The position numbers and the translations under genes are program-made. The notes below the pieces were generated by a model. It was not told the origin of the DNA. It saw only the letters and a program-made list of their open reading frames with translations, and did not search any database. From an uncultured Pseudomonadota bacterium (GTDB lineage Bacteria > Desulfobacterota > Binatia > Binatales > Binataceae), in NCBI GenBank assembly GCA_937889395.1, contig CALAOW010000083.1, positions 1 to 61,711 of the forward strand: 61,711 nt of DNA, in the 5' to 3' direction. Below are positions 44,033 through 54,314 of this stretch, piece by piece. The first letter of the stretch is position 1. The number at the start of each line of letters is the position of its first letter.

Positions 44033-45973
44033 ATGCCGTTGCCGTCACGATGCGCCCCTGATAAAGCGAAGGAAGGACGAAGGCATAGGCAGGTGGAGGA
44101 AGCGGGAATCCCAGGCGCGAATCAGCGTCATTTTGGCATCTCGGCCAAGCAGAAGCTCTACCAGTTTCTGTGCTCGCGGCCGGCGGGCGCCGACGCGGGC
44201 GAGCTGGTCGGGCTGCTGCTGAGCGGAGCCGGCTCGGACCCTGAGCTCGGCGCGCGAATTGTCCGCCAGCTACTCGACGGCGATCCGAATTTCATCTTCG
44301 ACGCCGACACTGCCCTGTGGCGGCTTGCGCAGAGCGATCGCATCCGCGTTGCGCTCGACCAGGCCGAGTTCACGGTGGTCGATCTGGAAACCACCGGCGG
44401 ACGCGCCGGCCCGGGCACGATCATCGAGATCGGCGCATACCGGATGGTCGGGCGGCGGCTCACCGAAACTTTCTCGACGCTGGTGCGGCCGGATGGCGGC
44501 ATCGTCCCGCGCTTCATCACGGGGCTCACGTCGATCACGACGGAGATGGTTCGCGAGGCGCCGCCCATCGAGGATGTGCTGCCCGCGTTTCGCGAGTTCA
44601 TGGGGGAGCGGGTGATGGTCGCTCACAACGCGGCCTTCGATTTTGGATTTCTCGACTTCGAATACCGCCGCATCTTTGGAATTGGCCTCGGCAACCCGGT
44701 GCTATGCACTCTCCGGATGTCGCGCCGGTTCATGCCGTCGCTCAAGCGCCGCCGGCTCGATCTGCTCGCGGAGCATTTCGGGCTTTCGCTCGAAGGACGG
44801 CATCGCGGACTGGGCGACGCGCGGATGGCCGCGGAGCTGCTCTCGATTTTTCTCGAGATGGCGGAGCGGATGGGTATCACGCGGCTGGATCGCCTGCTCG
44901 ACGACCATCATCGCGGACTTGCGGGCAGGAGAATCGAACGTCACGTGCCGCCGGAGGAAATCGCTGCTATTGCGCATGCGCCCGGCGTTTACATGATGCG
45001 CAATGAGCGCGGCGATTTGCTGTACATCGGCAAGGCGCGGCGGCTCCGGGAGCGGGTGAGCTCATACTTCACGGCGTCGGTGAAGGCAAAGACGGCGGAG
45101 CTGGTCTCGCACGTTTACAAAATCGAGACGCGACCGACGCGCTCGCCGCTCGAGGCGGCGCTCGACGAAGCGCGGCTCATCCGCGAGCTGAAACCACCGT
45201 ACAACCGGATGCTGAAATCGGCGGCGCCCGCGTATTTCATCAAGCTCGACATGATGGACGAGTTTCCGCGCGTGACGATCTCGACAAAGATGAGTGCGCG
45301 GCGCGGCGTGATGCATCTGGGGCCGTTCATCGGCCGCCGCAGCATCGAGCATTCAGTTCGCGCGCTGGCGAGAATCCTCGGCCTTCGCACCTGCGGCGGA
45401 AAGCTCGAGCCGAGCGAGGATTTTTCGCCGTGCATCTATGGGCAGATGGGGCATTGCACCGCGCCGTGCAACCTGGCGATCGACGCAGAAGGGTACGCGG
45501 AGCGGGTTCGGCGCGCGGTTGGTTTTCTCCGCGGGCGGATCGGCCCGCTGCTGGGTGAATTGGCCAAGGCGCGCGACCAGGCCGCGGCCGCGATGCGCTT
45601 TGAGGAGGCGGCGCGCTTTCGCCACCATCTTGAGGCGCTGACCACGCTGGCGCATCGCGCGACCCGTCTCAGCCAGGTGGTGACGGAAAACAATCTCGTG
45701 ATCGTGACAGGCGAGGCGGCCGATCGCGCAGCGCACGTCGTGCTGTCGGGACGGCTTGCGATGACGCGCCATCTGGAGACGGGAGACGCCGCAGGCGAGG
45801 TGGCGGCGTTCGTCGCGGGCAATTACCAGCGATACAAGTTGAAATACGTCGAGCGCGGAGAGTTGGAGGCTATGACGATCGTCGCACGATGGCTCCGGGA
45901 GCGCGCGCCCGACGAGGGTCGTCTCATCTATCTGGCCGGTCCGCATCTGGATCCCGTCGCCCTGGCGGGCTGA
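44033..45973 (+). CDS. DEDDh (DnaQ-like) 3'-5' exonuclease fused to a GIY-YIG / UvrC-N-half (Cho-like) nuclease
   Basis: Exo I VVDLETTGG, Exo II AHNAAFDFGFL, Exo III H.GLGDARMAAEL. GIY-YIG GVYMMRNERGDLLYIGKA..LRERV.SYF. Cys-rich UvrC-type segment C..C.YGQMGHCTAPC and UVR-like motif MRFEEAARFRHHLEAL. The start is uncertain. Confidence 0.75.
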   Translation: MPLPSRCAPDKAKEGRRHRQVEEAGIPGANQRHFGISAKQKLYQFLCSRPAGADAGELVGLLLSGAGSDPELGARIVRQLLDGDPNFIFDADTALWRLAQSDRIRVALDQAEFTVVDLETTGGRAGPGTIIEIGAYRMVGRRLTETFSTLVRPDGGIVPRFITGLTSITTEMVREAPPIEDVLPAFREFMGERVMVAHNAAFDFGFLDFEYRRIFGIGLGNPVLCTLRMSRRFMPSLKRRRLDLLAEHFGLSLEGRHRGLGDARMAAELLSIFLEMAERMGITRLDRLLDDHHRGLAGRRIERHVPPEEIAAIAHAPGVYMMRNERGDLLYIGKARRLRERVSSYFTASVKAKTAELVSHVYKIETRPTRSPLEAALDEARLIRELKPPYNRMLKSAAPAYFIKLDMMDEFPRVTISTKMSARRGVMHLGPFIGRRSIEHSVRALARILGLRTCGGKLEPSEDFSPCIYGQMGHCTAPCNLAIDAEGYAERVRRAVGFLRGRIGPLLGELAKARDQAAAAMRFEEAARFRHHLEALTTLAHRATRLSQVVTENNLVIVTGEAADRAAHVVLSGRLAMTRHLETGDAAGEVAAFVAGNYQRYKLKYVERGELEAMTIVARWLRERAPDEGRLIYLAGPHLDPVALAG

Positions 45974-46001
45974 TCACTGTTCGTTGGTCGTCGCGCCGCC
46001 G

Positions 46002-49000
46002 CTATTTCTTTGCGTGCGTGCCCTTGCCGGTCAGAACGACAGAATTCGGCGAGTTACTCGCGTTGCTGTTGATCGTGAGTATGCCGCTGCGCCAGCCGTA
46101 GCCGGTCGGCGAGAACCGGATAGTCACCGAGCATTTGGACTGGGGTCTGATCGTCGCCCTGCAGCCGTTCACCATCGCGAAATCGCCGCTGGTGACGATG
46201 CTCGAAAACGTGACCGACGTGTGCTTGCTCTTGTTCTTGATCGTGACGTGCCGGGGCTTGCTGACGGCGCCTCTTCCGAACACGACCTTGCCGAGCTTGA
46301 GCCAATTTGGTGAGACCTTAAGCGCGGCAGGCACCGCGGTTGCAGTAGGAGTGGAAGTCGCAGTGGCGGTCGCAGTCGGTGTCGCAGTCGGTGTCGCCGT
46401 TGCTGTCGCAGTAGCCGTCGCTGTCGCTGTCGCAGTAGCCGTTGATGTCGGCGTGTTAGACGCGGTTGCAGTTGCAGTGGGCGTGGCGGTTGCCGTCGCA
46501 GTTGCCGTAGCCGTCGCAGTTGCGGTCGGCGTCGCGGTACTGGTCGCGGTCTGAGTCGCGCTGGCGGTTGCGGTCTGAGTTGCAGTGGCAGTTGTGGACG
46601 CGGTCGGAGTCGCCGTTCCAGTTGCGGTATTGGTCGCAGTAGCCGTTGAAGTCGGCGTGCCAGTACTGGTCGCGGTATCGGTTGCCGTCGCAGTCGGCGT
46701 GCTGGTCGCAGTTGCCGTTGCGGTATCTGTCGCTGTGGCTGTCGCGGTTGGCGTGTCAGTTGCCGTTGCAGCGACAGTATCTGTCGCGGTCTGAGTCGCA
46801 GTTGCCGTTGCAGTATCGGTCGGCGTTGCAGTCGGCGTATCAGACGCGGTCGCTGTTGCAGTCGCAGTGGCAGTCGGCGTTGGAGTCGCAGATGGTATCA
46901 TCGGGTCATTGAAAAGAAGCACGCGATTGTTCGCTTGGTCCGCGGTGTAGAGGTTGCCAACCGGATCCATCGCAACGCCGGCCGGCTGGCACATCGCGGT
47001 TGCGCTTGGCGGGGGGTTGCCGTTGGCGGAGTCGGCGCAGGCGCTGTCGATGAAATCGGTGCCGCTCGCACCTTGTCCAAAGACCTGGTCGGCGGTGACG
47101 TTGCCCGTCGCCAGGGGCTGGTTGTATTCGAGCACGCGATTGTTGGTCTGGTCGGCGACGATCAGGTCTCCTGAACTGTCGAGGCTAATGCCGGCGGGAT
47201 TGCAGATTCCGGTGGCGCTCGGCGCGGGCGACGCCGCCGCGCTCGCGCATAGCCGGTCGCGAAACTCGTCCCCATCCCACCCTGGCCGAAAACCAGATCC
47301 GCGGTCGTGTCGCCCGCGCCGGTTAATAGATTCGGCGCGGCCAGCGGTTGATTGAATTCGAGAACTCGCGAGTTGTCCACGTCGGCGACGAACAGGTCGC
47401 CATGCGGGTCGATAACCAGCCCGCGCGGAGCGCATAGCGTGTCCGCACTCGGATCGCTGCCGCCGTTGCAGAGCCCGGTGCTGAAAATTCCGCTCTGTCC
47501 GAACACGTTGTCGGCGACCGTATCGCCCGCGTTGAACTCGAGCACGCGATTGTTGTTCGTATCGGATACGTACAGATCGCCCAACGCATCGACTGTCAGA
47601 CCTTCGGGGAAGCACATCGTAGAGGCGTTGATGGTGCCCGTGCCGAGGTTGCATCCGGTGGTCGTGAAGCTGCCGTCTTGTCCGAACACTTGACTGGCGG
47701 TCAGTCCGACGATCGGCGAGCCGAAGTCAAATGGAGTAGTGTATTCGAGCACGCGATTATTGGTGGCGTCTGCCACATACAGATCACCCGAACCGTCCAC
47801 TGCCACGTCCTCCGGATTGCAGAGGCTGGCCGGTCCGATTCCGCCGTCGTTGCAGCCGATGGAGAGCGCATCAGGCTGCCCGCTGACGAGAGTGGCGGGT
47901 TCGTCGTTGGCGAACGCGCCGGCGTCGGCCCATCCGAGCACGCGATTGTTTACCGAGTCGGCGACGTAGAGGCGGTACGGCGAGCCGCCGCTGGGATCGA
48001 TCGCGATTCCCTCCGGCGCCTGGAGCGCGGCCGCAGTCGGATTGTTGATTCCGTTGTGAAGCAAGTCGGCCTGTCCGAGCACCGCGCTGGCAAAAGGCGG
48101 AGACGACAGTGGACTGGTGTACTTGAGGACGCGGCTGTTTGACGCGTCGGCGACGAAGACATCTCCCGGACCGTCCACCGCAACTCCGTCGGGCTGGCAT
48201 AGGACGGATCCACTCGGTGCGATCCCGCTGGCCGCGGTGCCGCCGCAGACGCCAGTGGTGAAGCTGCCGTTCTGACCGAAGACGACGTCCGCGGTCACGT
48301 CGCCGGCGGCGAGCGGGGTCAGATATTCGAGCACGCGACTGTTGGTGATATCGTTCACGAACAAATCGCCCGCGCTATCGAGAGCTATTCCGCTCAGGTC
48401 GCACAGGCCGGTGGCGCTAGGCGCGGGATCGCCTCCATTGCCGTCATAGCAAGTGGAGTCGGTAAAATCGGTTCCGCTCGAGCCCTGGCCGAAGACCAGA
48501 TCGGTGGTGACGTTGGCGGCGCCGGGCGGCGCCAGCGGCTGATTGAATTCGAGCACGCGATGATCGCCGTCGTCGCCGACGTACAAATTTCCCGGCCCGT
48601 CCACGGCGACCGACAATGGGTTGCACATCCCAACTGCCGAAGGGCTGCCGGTGTCGCAAGCATGGCCGGTGAAGTCGGTGCCGCTCGCGCCTTGTCCAAA
48701 GACGAGGTCCGCAGTCTGTAGCCGGCGTTGTATTCGAGCACGCGATGATTGCCCGCGTCGGCGACGTAAAGATTGTTGCTCGAGTCGGTTGCGACGCCCT
48801 GCGGAGAACACAGGCCGGCTGCCGTTTGCGCGCACGTCGTCTGGGTGAAGCTGCCGCCCTGTCCGAATACAACATTCGCCGCAAAGCCGACACTGATTCC
48901 CTGCGTGAACGGCTGATTGTATTCGAGCACTCGACTGTTGAGCGTATCCGCGATGTAGAGGTTGCCCGCGCTGTCCACGGCGACGCCGCCCGGCAGGCAC

Positions 49001-49419
49001 AGACTATCTGGGCCCAGGCCCGCGAGGTCGCCGCCGCCGGTGCCGCTGTTGCAGCGCGTAGTTCGAAAATCGGGTTGGCCGATCTCGATGTCTGCGTTCT
49101 GGCCGTTGACGAAACTGGTGGCGTCGTTCCATCCGAGGATGCGGCTGTTGTTGCCGTCCACGATGTACAGATGCTCGGTTCCGCCGCTCAGATCGATGGC
49201 CATCTGGCCTGGAGATTCGAGACTCGCCGCGCCGGTGTTGTTGATGCCGTTGTGCGAGAAGTCGATTTGTCCGAGCACCGCGTCCGCGATGTTGTCGCCG
49301 GTCGCCGCTATCAGCATCGTGACCATGAACACCGTGACGACGGATACGAGCGCGATGGCGCTCAGACGAAGTTTGGAAATTACTCGCGACGGTTTTTGCG
49401 TGGTCGTGCTGTTTTCCAT
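46002..49419 (-). pseudogene. NHL-repeat surface protein with Thr/Ala/Pro linker and C-terminal Ig-like domain, interrupted by two 1-nt frameshifts
   Basis: Three overlapping track ORFs (48394..49485, 47162..49000, 46002..47654) each carry the same NHL-type units (GNLYVAD..NNRVLEYN.P....ADLVFGQ.G.F....C). The sense reading passes from one frame to the next near 48727 and 47250. There is an N-terminal signal anchor (MENSTT...LSAIALVSVVTVFMVTMLIAA). Confidence 0.75.
46336..46890 (-). repeat. Low-complexity coding tract of about 185 aa of (Thr/Ala/Pro/Ser) units (ATATATPTATPT...)
   Basis: Degenerate short tandem DNA units (gtcgcagtngc / gttgc(a/c)gt). It also generates the antisense V/A-rich pseudo-ORFs 46135..46554 and 46585..46794. 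Confidence 0.85.
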
Positions 49420-49667
49420 TTGACGCCGCGCAATCGATCCGAACCAGCGCGGGGCGATATGGAAAGCAATGTCGTGCTCGCGCAATAGCGAAGTAAGTGG
49501 GGTGACAAATTGTGCCTAAACATACTGCAGCGCGCTCAGTGAGGCGCGTCGCGGGGGATGGCCGCCTCCTGCAGGCGGCATTTGCGTAGGGTGTGAGTCA
49601 GTGGGATTGCAGATCCGATCGAATCGCAATCCACCGACAGAGATCGGAGATCAGTTCCTGGGCTGCT

Positions 49668-50375
49668 TCACCCCTTCAGATTCGCGGCGAACAGCTTGAG
49701 CGTGCGCTCCCACGCGTCCTTTGCTTCGGCGGGGCGATGGACGTCGGCGCGGGTGTCGTTGAAAAATCCATGCGAGCATCCCGCGTAAACCTTGACCTCG
49801 CCCGGCTTGTCGAATTTCTTCAGCGCCGCCGCCAGCCGATCGACGTCGCCGCGCTGGATCCATCCGTCGTTCTCGCCGTATGCGTAAAAGATCGGGCAGC
49901 CGAGATGCTTGAGTTTTTCGTCCGGCGGTATTTCGCCATAGAACGGCGCCGCGGCCGCGATTTCCCGGCTCTCGCATGGCAACAGGATCGCGTAGCTGCC
50001 GCCCATGCAAAATCCCGTGATGCCGACGCGGGTTGAATGCGTCCGTTTCTGCGCGCGCAGCCATTCCACCGTCGTCTGAAGATCCGCGATGCCGTCTTCC
50101 TTCTTCAATCCGCCCATCAGTTGCGCGGCCTCGTTGGGCTCGGTGGCGACGCGATGGCCCTGTCGCGAGTACAAGTCCGGCGCGATCGCGAAGTAACCCT
50201 CGCGCGCCAGCCGCCGGCTGACGTCGCGGATGTGGTCGTTCAGTCCCCACCATTCCTGCACTACGATCGCCGCCGGCGATGGCTCGGCTCCCGCCGGCTC
50301 AGCGACATACGCCTTGAGCGCGCACGCACGGCCCGCATAGCTCACTTCACGCGTGATGATATCTTTGTTCGCCAT
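49668..50375 (-). CDS. Dienelactone hydrolase family protein
   Basis: VVQEWWGLNDHI.DV.RRLA.EGY.A.APDLY and a Cys-nucleophile elbow GFCMGG. Confidence 0.85.
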   Translation of the reverse strand: MANKDIITREVSYAGRACALKAYVAEPAGAEPSPAAIVVQEWWGLNDHIRDVSRRLAREGYFAIAPDLYSRQGHRVATEPNEAAQLMGGLKKEDGIADLQTTVEWLRAQKRTHSTRVGITGFCMGGSYAILLPCESREIAAAAPFYGEIPPDEKLKHLGCPIFYAYGENDGWIQRGDVDRLAAALKKFDKPGEVKVYAGCSHGFFNDTRADVHRPAEAKDAWERTLKLFAANLKG

Positions 50376-50422
50376 CGTCGCTCACCTCGAAGGTATAAAA
50401 TGGCACCCGCGCTGCGTGGCAT

Positions 50423-51307
50423 CTACTCCGCGGCCGCCACCGGTATGAAGCCAATCGCGCCATTCCTGAGTTTGATCTGAAGGTAGTTGCCGGTGATTCC
50501 CGTGACGTGAACGTACTTCTTGCGGCGCACGTGGCCGATTGTGGAACTGGTCTCGTCGGGATTTTGATATACCGGCGAATTTTTCGTCAACAGGAAAAGC
50601 TTGTTGAGCGGCTTGATCTTCGGCGCGCCGCCCGACGCGGTCGTCGCCGCGGCGCCCGCCGGCGCCGCACTGGCAGCCGGGGTCGCGGCGGGAGCAGGCA
50701 GCAGCTTGACATCGAGTGCTCGCACCTCGTCGAACTCCGCGTTGGCTTCGGTCGCGCGAGCCGGGTCCGTTGCCAGCAGATTCGCCAGCGCCAGGTGGGC
50801 CTTTGCGTCCTTAGGGCTCAGCCCGATTGCGGTGCGAATTTGATCCTCCGCCGCGGCGGCCTTGCCTTCCTTTCCGAGCACCTCGCCCAGATCGAGATGG
50901 TAGTTGGGGCGGTCCGGCTCGAGCGCTACAGCGGCGCGGTACTGATTTTCGGCCAGTCCGCGCTGGTTCTGATCGCTATAAAGGTTGCCGAGCGCGGCGT
51001 GGGTCGCCGCGTTTTTAGGATCGAACTCGAGGACCTTCATGAATTCAACTTGCGCGTCGCCCGGTTTGTGCTCGAATATGTACAGATTTCCGAGCGCGAT
51101 ATGGGTGCGCGGATCGTTTGGCGCGAGCTTCACCGCCTCCTGGTAAGCCTTTTCCGCGTCGGCGAGCTTCGTCGCCTGCATATCCGTGTCGCCCTCGGCA
51201 AGAAAATCCTCGGCGGTTTTGTGATGGCATCCCGCCCCTATCAGGATCATCGCGCCGGCCACGATCATCGCCCCGGTCCGAGTCGTTAAGCTTCGCTTCC
51301 TGTTCAT
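50423..51307 (-). CDS. TPR-repeat lipoprotein with C-terminal SH3-like domain
   Basis: GGAGGAA RBS, then ATG at 51307. Lipobox-like LIGAGC, several TPR units (A...Y..A..L.P.....H..LGNLY), an Ala/Pro linker, and a C-terminal segment (YVHVTGITGNYLQIKLRNGAIGFI). Confidence 0.7.
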   Translation of the reverse strand: MNRKRSLTTRTGAMIVAGAMILIGAGCHHKTAEDFLAEGDTDMQATKLADAEKAYQEAVKLAPNDPRTHIALGNLYIFEHKPGDAQVEFMKVLEFDPKNAATHAALGNLYSDQNQRGLAENQYRAAVALEPDRPNYHLDLGEVLGKEGKAAAAEDQIRTAIGLSPKDAKAHLALANLLATDPARATEANAEFDEVRALDVKLLPAPAATPAASAAPAGAAATTASGGAPKIKPLNKLFLLTKNSPVYQNPDETSSTIGHVRRKKYVHVTGITGNYLQIKLRNGAIGFIPVAAAE

Positions 51308-51479
51308 TGCTGCGGTTTCCTCCAAGACGAGCGCGCCTTCCGATTGCGCAATGATCGGACCAGCGACGAAAAAATCTACACATCAATGTTGAAGGGAGCG
51401 CGGAAACAGTGTCAAGCACTCCAGCCCCTGTCGCAGTTCCCGTTGGATGCGCGGGCCTGTTAGGTTATAAACATACGCC

Positions 51480-52124
51480 GTGCGCTTTATTCTAATCGCA
51501 GCCAAGCAACTCGAATTCGCCAAGACCCGGCTCGCGCCTGTCCTGCCACCCGGCGAGCGCCGTGCGTTGGCCCAAGCGATGTTTCGCGACGTGCTGGCGG
51601 CCTCGCTTGGCGCAGCCGCCGCCGACCACGTCGCCGTGGTGACGTCGGACCCGGGCCTGCTCGCGCTGGCGCGTTCTGCCGGTGCACTCACCATCGACGA
51701 GGAATTTCCGCGCGGCCTCAACGCCGCCGTCGGACTTGCCACCTCCGCGCTGATTGCCGATGGTGCGCGAACAGTTTGCACGGTGTTGTCCGACATCCCA
51801 TTGATCGCGGCCGAAGATATAGACGCAGTGTTTGCCGCGATGCCCCCCGAACGCGGCGTGGTGCTGGTGCCCTCGCGGGACTTCTCCGGCACCAACATCA
51901 TTTGCCGCTCACCCGCCGGCGCGGTGGCGACTCGATTCGGTCGAATGAGCCTGGTGCGGCATCTTGACGATTGCCGCAACTCCGGCGTTGGGGCTAGAGT
52001 GTTGCGGCTTGCGCGGCCCGCGCTGGACCTCGACGTGATCGCGGACCTCGCCGAGTTCGAGCGCGCCGGGTCCGCCACGCATACTCAAAACCAGTTGGCC
52101 CGGCTTGGGATTGCTCATCACTAA
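51480..52124 (+). CDS. cofC: 2-phospho-L-lactate (or phosphoenolpyruvate) guanylyltransferase CofC/FbiD (F420 biosynthesis)
   Basis: ILIAAK....AKTRLAPVL....R.ALA.AM..DVL, LSDIPL, VLVPSRD..GTN. GTG start. Confidence 0.75.
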   Translation: MRFILIAAKQLEFAKTRLAPVLPPGERRALAQAMFRDVLAASLGAAAADHVAVVTSDPGLLALARSAGALTIDEEFPRGLNAAVGLATSALIADGARTVCTVLSDIPLIAAEDIDAVFAAMPPERGVVLVPSRDFSGTNIICRSPAGAVATRFGRMSLVRHLDDCRNSGVGARVLRLARPALDLDVIADLAEFERAGSATHTQNQLARLGIAHH

Positions 52125-52127
52125 AAA

Positions 52128-52919
52128 TTGAAAAACGGACTGAAGGCGATCGTGGAAATGACTGGGCGGCTCGGCGCGCTGGTGGTCGACAGCGTTGTCC
52201 AGCTCGGCGCGTTTGTGCTTTTTTTGCTGAACGCCGCGTTTTATGTGTTCGTCCCGCCGTTCAAGCCGCGGCTGTGGATTCGGCAGATACGAATGATCGG
52301 CGCCGACTCGCTGTTTCTCATCATTCTAATCGGCGGCTTCACCGGGATGGTGCTGGGTCTGCAGGGCTACAACACGCTGCGCCGCTTTGGCTCCGACGGC
52401 GCGCTGGGCACGGTCGTCGCCCTGGTTCTGGTGCGCGAGCTTGGACCCGTTCTGGCCGCCCTGATGATCGCGGCGCGCGCCGGTTCCGCGATGGCGGCGG
52501 AGCTCGGCTCGATGCAATCCACCGAACAGATCGACGCGCTCACCGTGATGGCGATCAACCCGGTCCAGTACCTGGTCTCGCCGCGCGTGCTCGCAGGCGT
52601 GATCAGTTTCCCCTTGCTGACGGCGGCCTTCGACGTGGTGGGAATCTTCGGCGGCTACATGGTCGGCGTCGGTTTGATGGGCGCGCCGTCGGGTGCGTAC
52701 TTCAACGGTATCGCCGCCAACATGGACGGCCACGACGTCATGACCGGCATCTACAAGGCCCTGGTCTTCGGCGTGGTCGTAACCTGGATCTGTTGCTATA
52801 AGGGATATCACGCCGAGCGGATGGCGACCGGGGTCAGCCGCGCCACCACCGAAGCCGTGGTGCTGTCCAGCGCCCTGATTCTTGCGTTTGACTATTTTCT
52901 TACGTCTATACTTTTGTGA
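52128..52919 (+). CDS. mlaE: MlaE-type ABC transporter permease
   Basis: Q....G..SL.LI.L.G.FTGMVL.LQ....L..FG......VVAL.LVRELGPVL.ALM.A.R.GSAMAAELGSM..TEQIDAL. The start is TTG at 52128 or ATG at 52158. Confidence 0.88.
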   Translation: MKNGLKAIVEMTGRLGALVVDSVVQLGAFVLFLLNAAFYVFVPPFKPRLWIRQIRMIGADSLFLIILIGGFTGMVLGLQGYNTLRRFGSDGALGTVVALVLVRELGPVLAALMIAARAGSAMAAELGSMQSTEQIDALTVMAINPVQYLVSPRVLAGVISFPLLTAAFDVVGIFGGYMVGVGLMGAPSGAYFNGIAANMDGHDVMTGIYKALVFGVVVTWICCYKGYHAERMATGVSRATTEAVVLSSALILAFDYFLTSILL

Positions 52920-52943
52920 TAACGCCGTAGCGATCGACGATCC

Positions 52944-53774
52944 ATGAGCCAAACTGAAATCAACCACGGCGACGGCAATGCGCAGAACATTCGCAACGCG
53001 CCGAGCGCCGGTAATGCAATCGAAGTGCGCGACCTTCGCCGCCGCTTCGGCCGCCAGCAGGTCCTCGACGGCGTTACGCTCGACTTTCCCGCCGGCCAGA
53101 TCACGACGATCGTCGGCCCCAGCGGATCCGGCAAGACCGTTCTGCTCAAGCATATCAACCTGCTGCTGCGGCCCGACTCGGGCACGATTGTGATCGACAA
53201 CGTCGAAGTGACAAAACTCGGCGAGACCGGCCTGGACGCGGTGCGCGAAAAATTCGGGATGCTCTTTCAGGCCGGCGCACTGTTCGACTCGATGTCGATA
53301 TTCGACAACGTCGCGTTCCCGCTGGTCGAGAAAACCAGGCTCACTCGCGCCGAGATCGCCGCGCGCGTGCATGAAACGCTCAAAGCGGTTGGACTGGAAG
53401 GGATGGAAGCCAAGTTTCCCTCCCAGATGAGCGGCGGGATGCAGAAGCGCGCCGCGCTCGCGCGTGCACTGGTGCGGCGCCCGAAAATCCTCATGCTCGA
53501 CGAGCCGACTACCGGCCTCGATCCGTCGCGGACCGGCGCGATTCACGAACTTATCCGGCGCACCCAGGAGAATTTTCACCTGACCGCCGTGATGGTCAGT
53601 CATGACGTGCCGGCGGTCTTCCAGGTTTCCGACCGCGTCGCATTTCTCCATAATGGCCGCACTCATCTCAATGGCACGGTGGCTCAGGTGATGGCGGCCG
53701 ACGACGACGTCTTCAAACGGTTTCTGGCGGGCAAAGCATCCGGCGAGGAGAATGAAACAGCTCTTGCGGGCTGA
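52944..53774 (+). CDS. mlaF: MlaF-type ABC transporter ATP-binding protein
   Basis: Walker A GPSGSGKT, signature MSGGMQKR, Walker B ILMLDEPT. Confidence 0.9.
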   Translation: MSQTEINHGDGNAQNIRNAPSAGNAIEVRDLRRRFGRQQVLDGVTLDFPAGQITTIVGPSGSGKTVLLKHINLLLRPDSGTIVIDNVEVTKLGETGLDAVREKFGMLFQAGALFDSMSIFDNVAFPLVEKTRLTRAEIAARVHETLKAVGLEGMEAKFPSQMSGGMQKRAALARALVRRPKILMLDEPTTGLDPSRTGAIHELIRRTQENFHLTAVMVSHDVPAVFQVSDRVAFLHNGRTHLNGTVAQVMAADDDVFKRFLAGKASGEENETALAG

Positions 53775-53785
53775 AACAAAGATCT

Positions 53786-54301
53786 ATGTACGCAACTCGA
53801 ACCACGCAGCTTATCGTCGGCATTTTCGCGATTCTCGGTATCATCGCACTGGTGGTTTTGTCGCTGTCGCTGGGCAAACTCACCCTGCTGCCCAAGCCGG
53901 GCTACACGCTCTACGCAAGTTTCGATAATATCTCGGGATTGAAAACCGGAGATCAGGTTCAACTGGCGGGTGTGCAAGTCGGTAAGGTTGTGCAGATCGG
54001 GCTCAAGAACCTGCGCGCGCGGATTGCGATACGCGTTGACGACGGCGTGCCAATCGACAAGGATGCAATCGTGTCGATCAAGACCAGCGGAATAATCGGC
54101 GACAAGTACATTACGGTTCAACTGGGTCCAAGCGACAAATTGCTCAAGGACGGCGATACGATCATGCATACGCAGGACGCGTTTGTGCTTGAGGATGCAA
54201 TTGGCCAGTTGATCAACAACGGTGGCAGCAGTGGTGACTCCGCGAAGGATAAATCCTCAAACTCAGAGAAGGAGCAGAAGCCTGGAAAATCGGGGAAATA
54301 A
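53786..54301 (+). CDS. mlaD: MlaD (MCE-domain) protein
   Basis: N-terminal TM helix plus MCE core (F.N.SGLK.GD.V.LAGV.VGKV..I). Confidence 0.85.
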   Translation: MYATRTTQLIVGIFAILGIIALVVLSLSLGKLTLLPKPGYTLYASFDNISGLKTGDQVQLAGVQVGKVVQIGLKNLRARIAIRVDDGVPIDKDAIVSIKTSGIIGDKYITVQLGPSDKLLKDGDTIMHTQDAFVLEDAIGQLINNGGSSGDSAKDKSSNSEKEQKPGKSGK

Positions 54302-54314
54302 CCGGGTGAAATTT

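Noticed and set aside
47240-48735. Programmed ribosomal frameshifting in the NHL-repeat gene.
   Set aside because: There is no slippery heptamer, homopolymer run or downstream pseudoknot-like structure at either junction. Both sites look like plain single-base losses.
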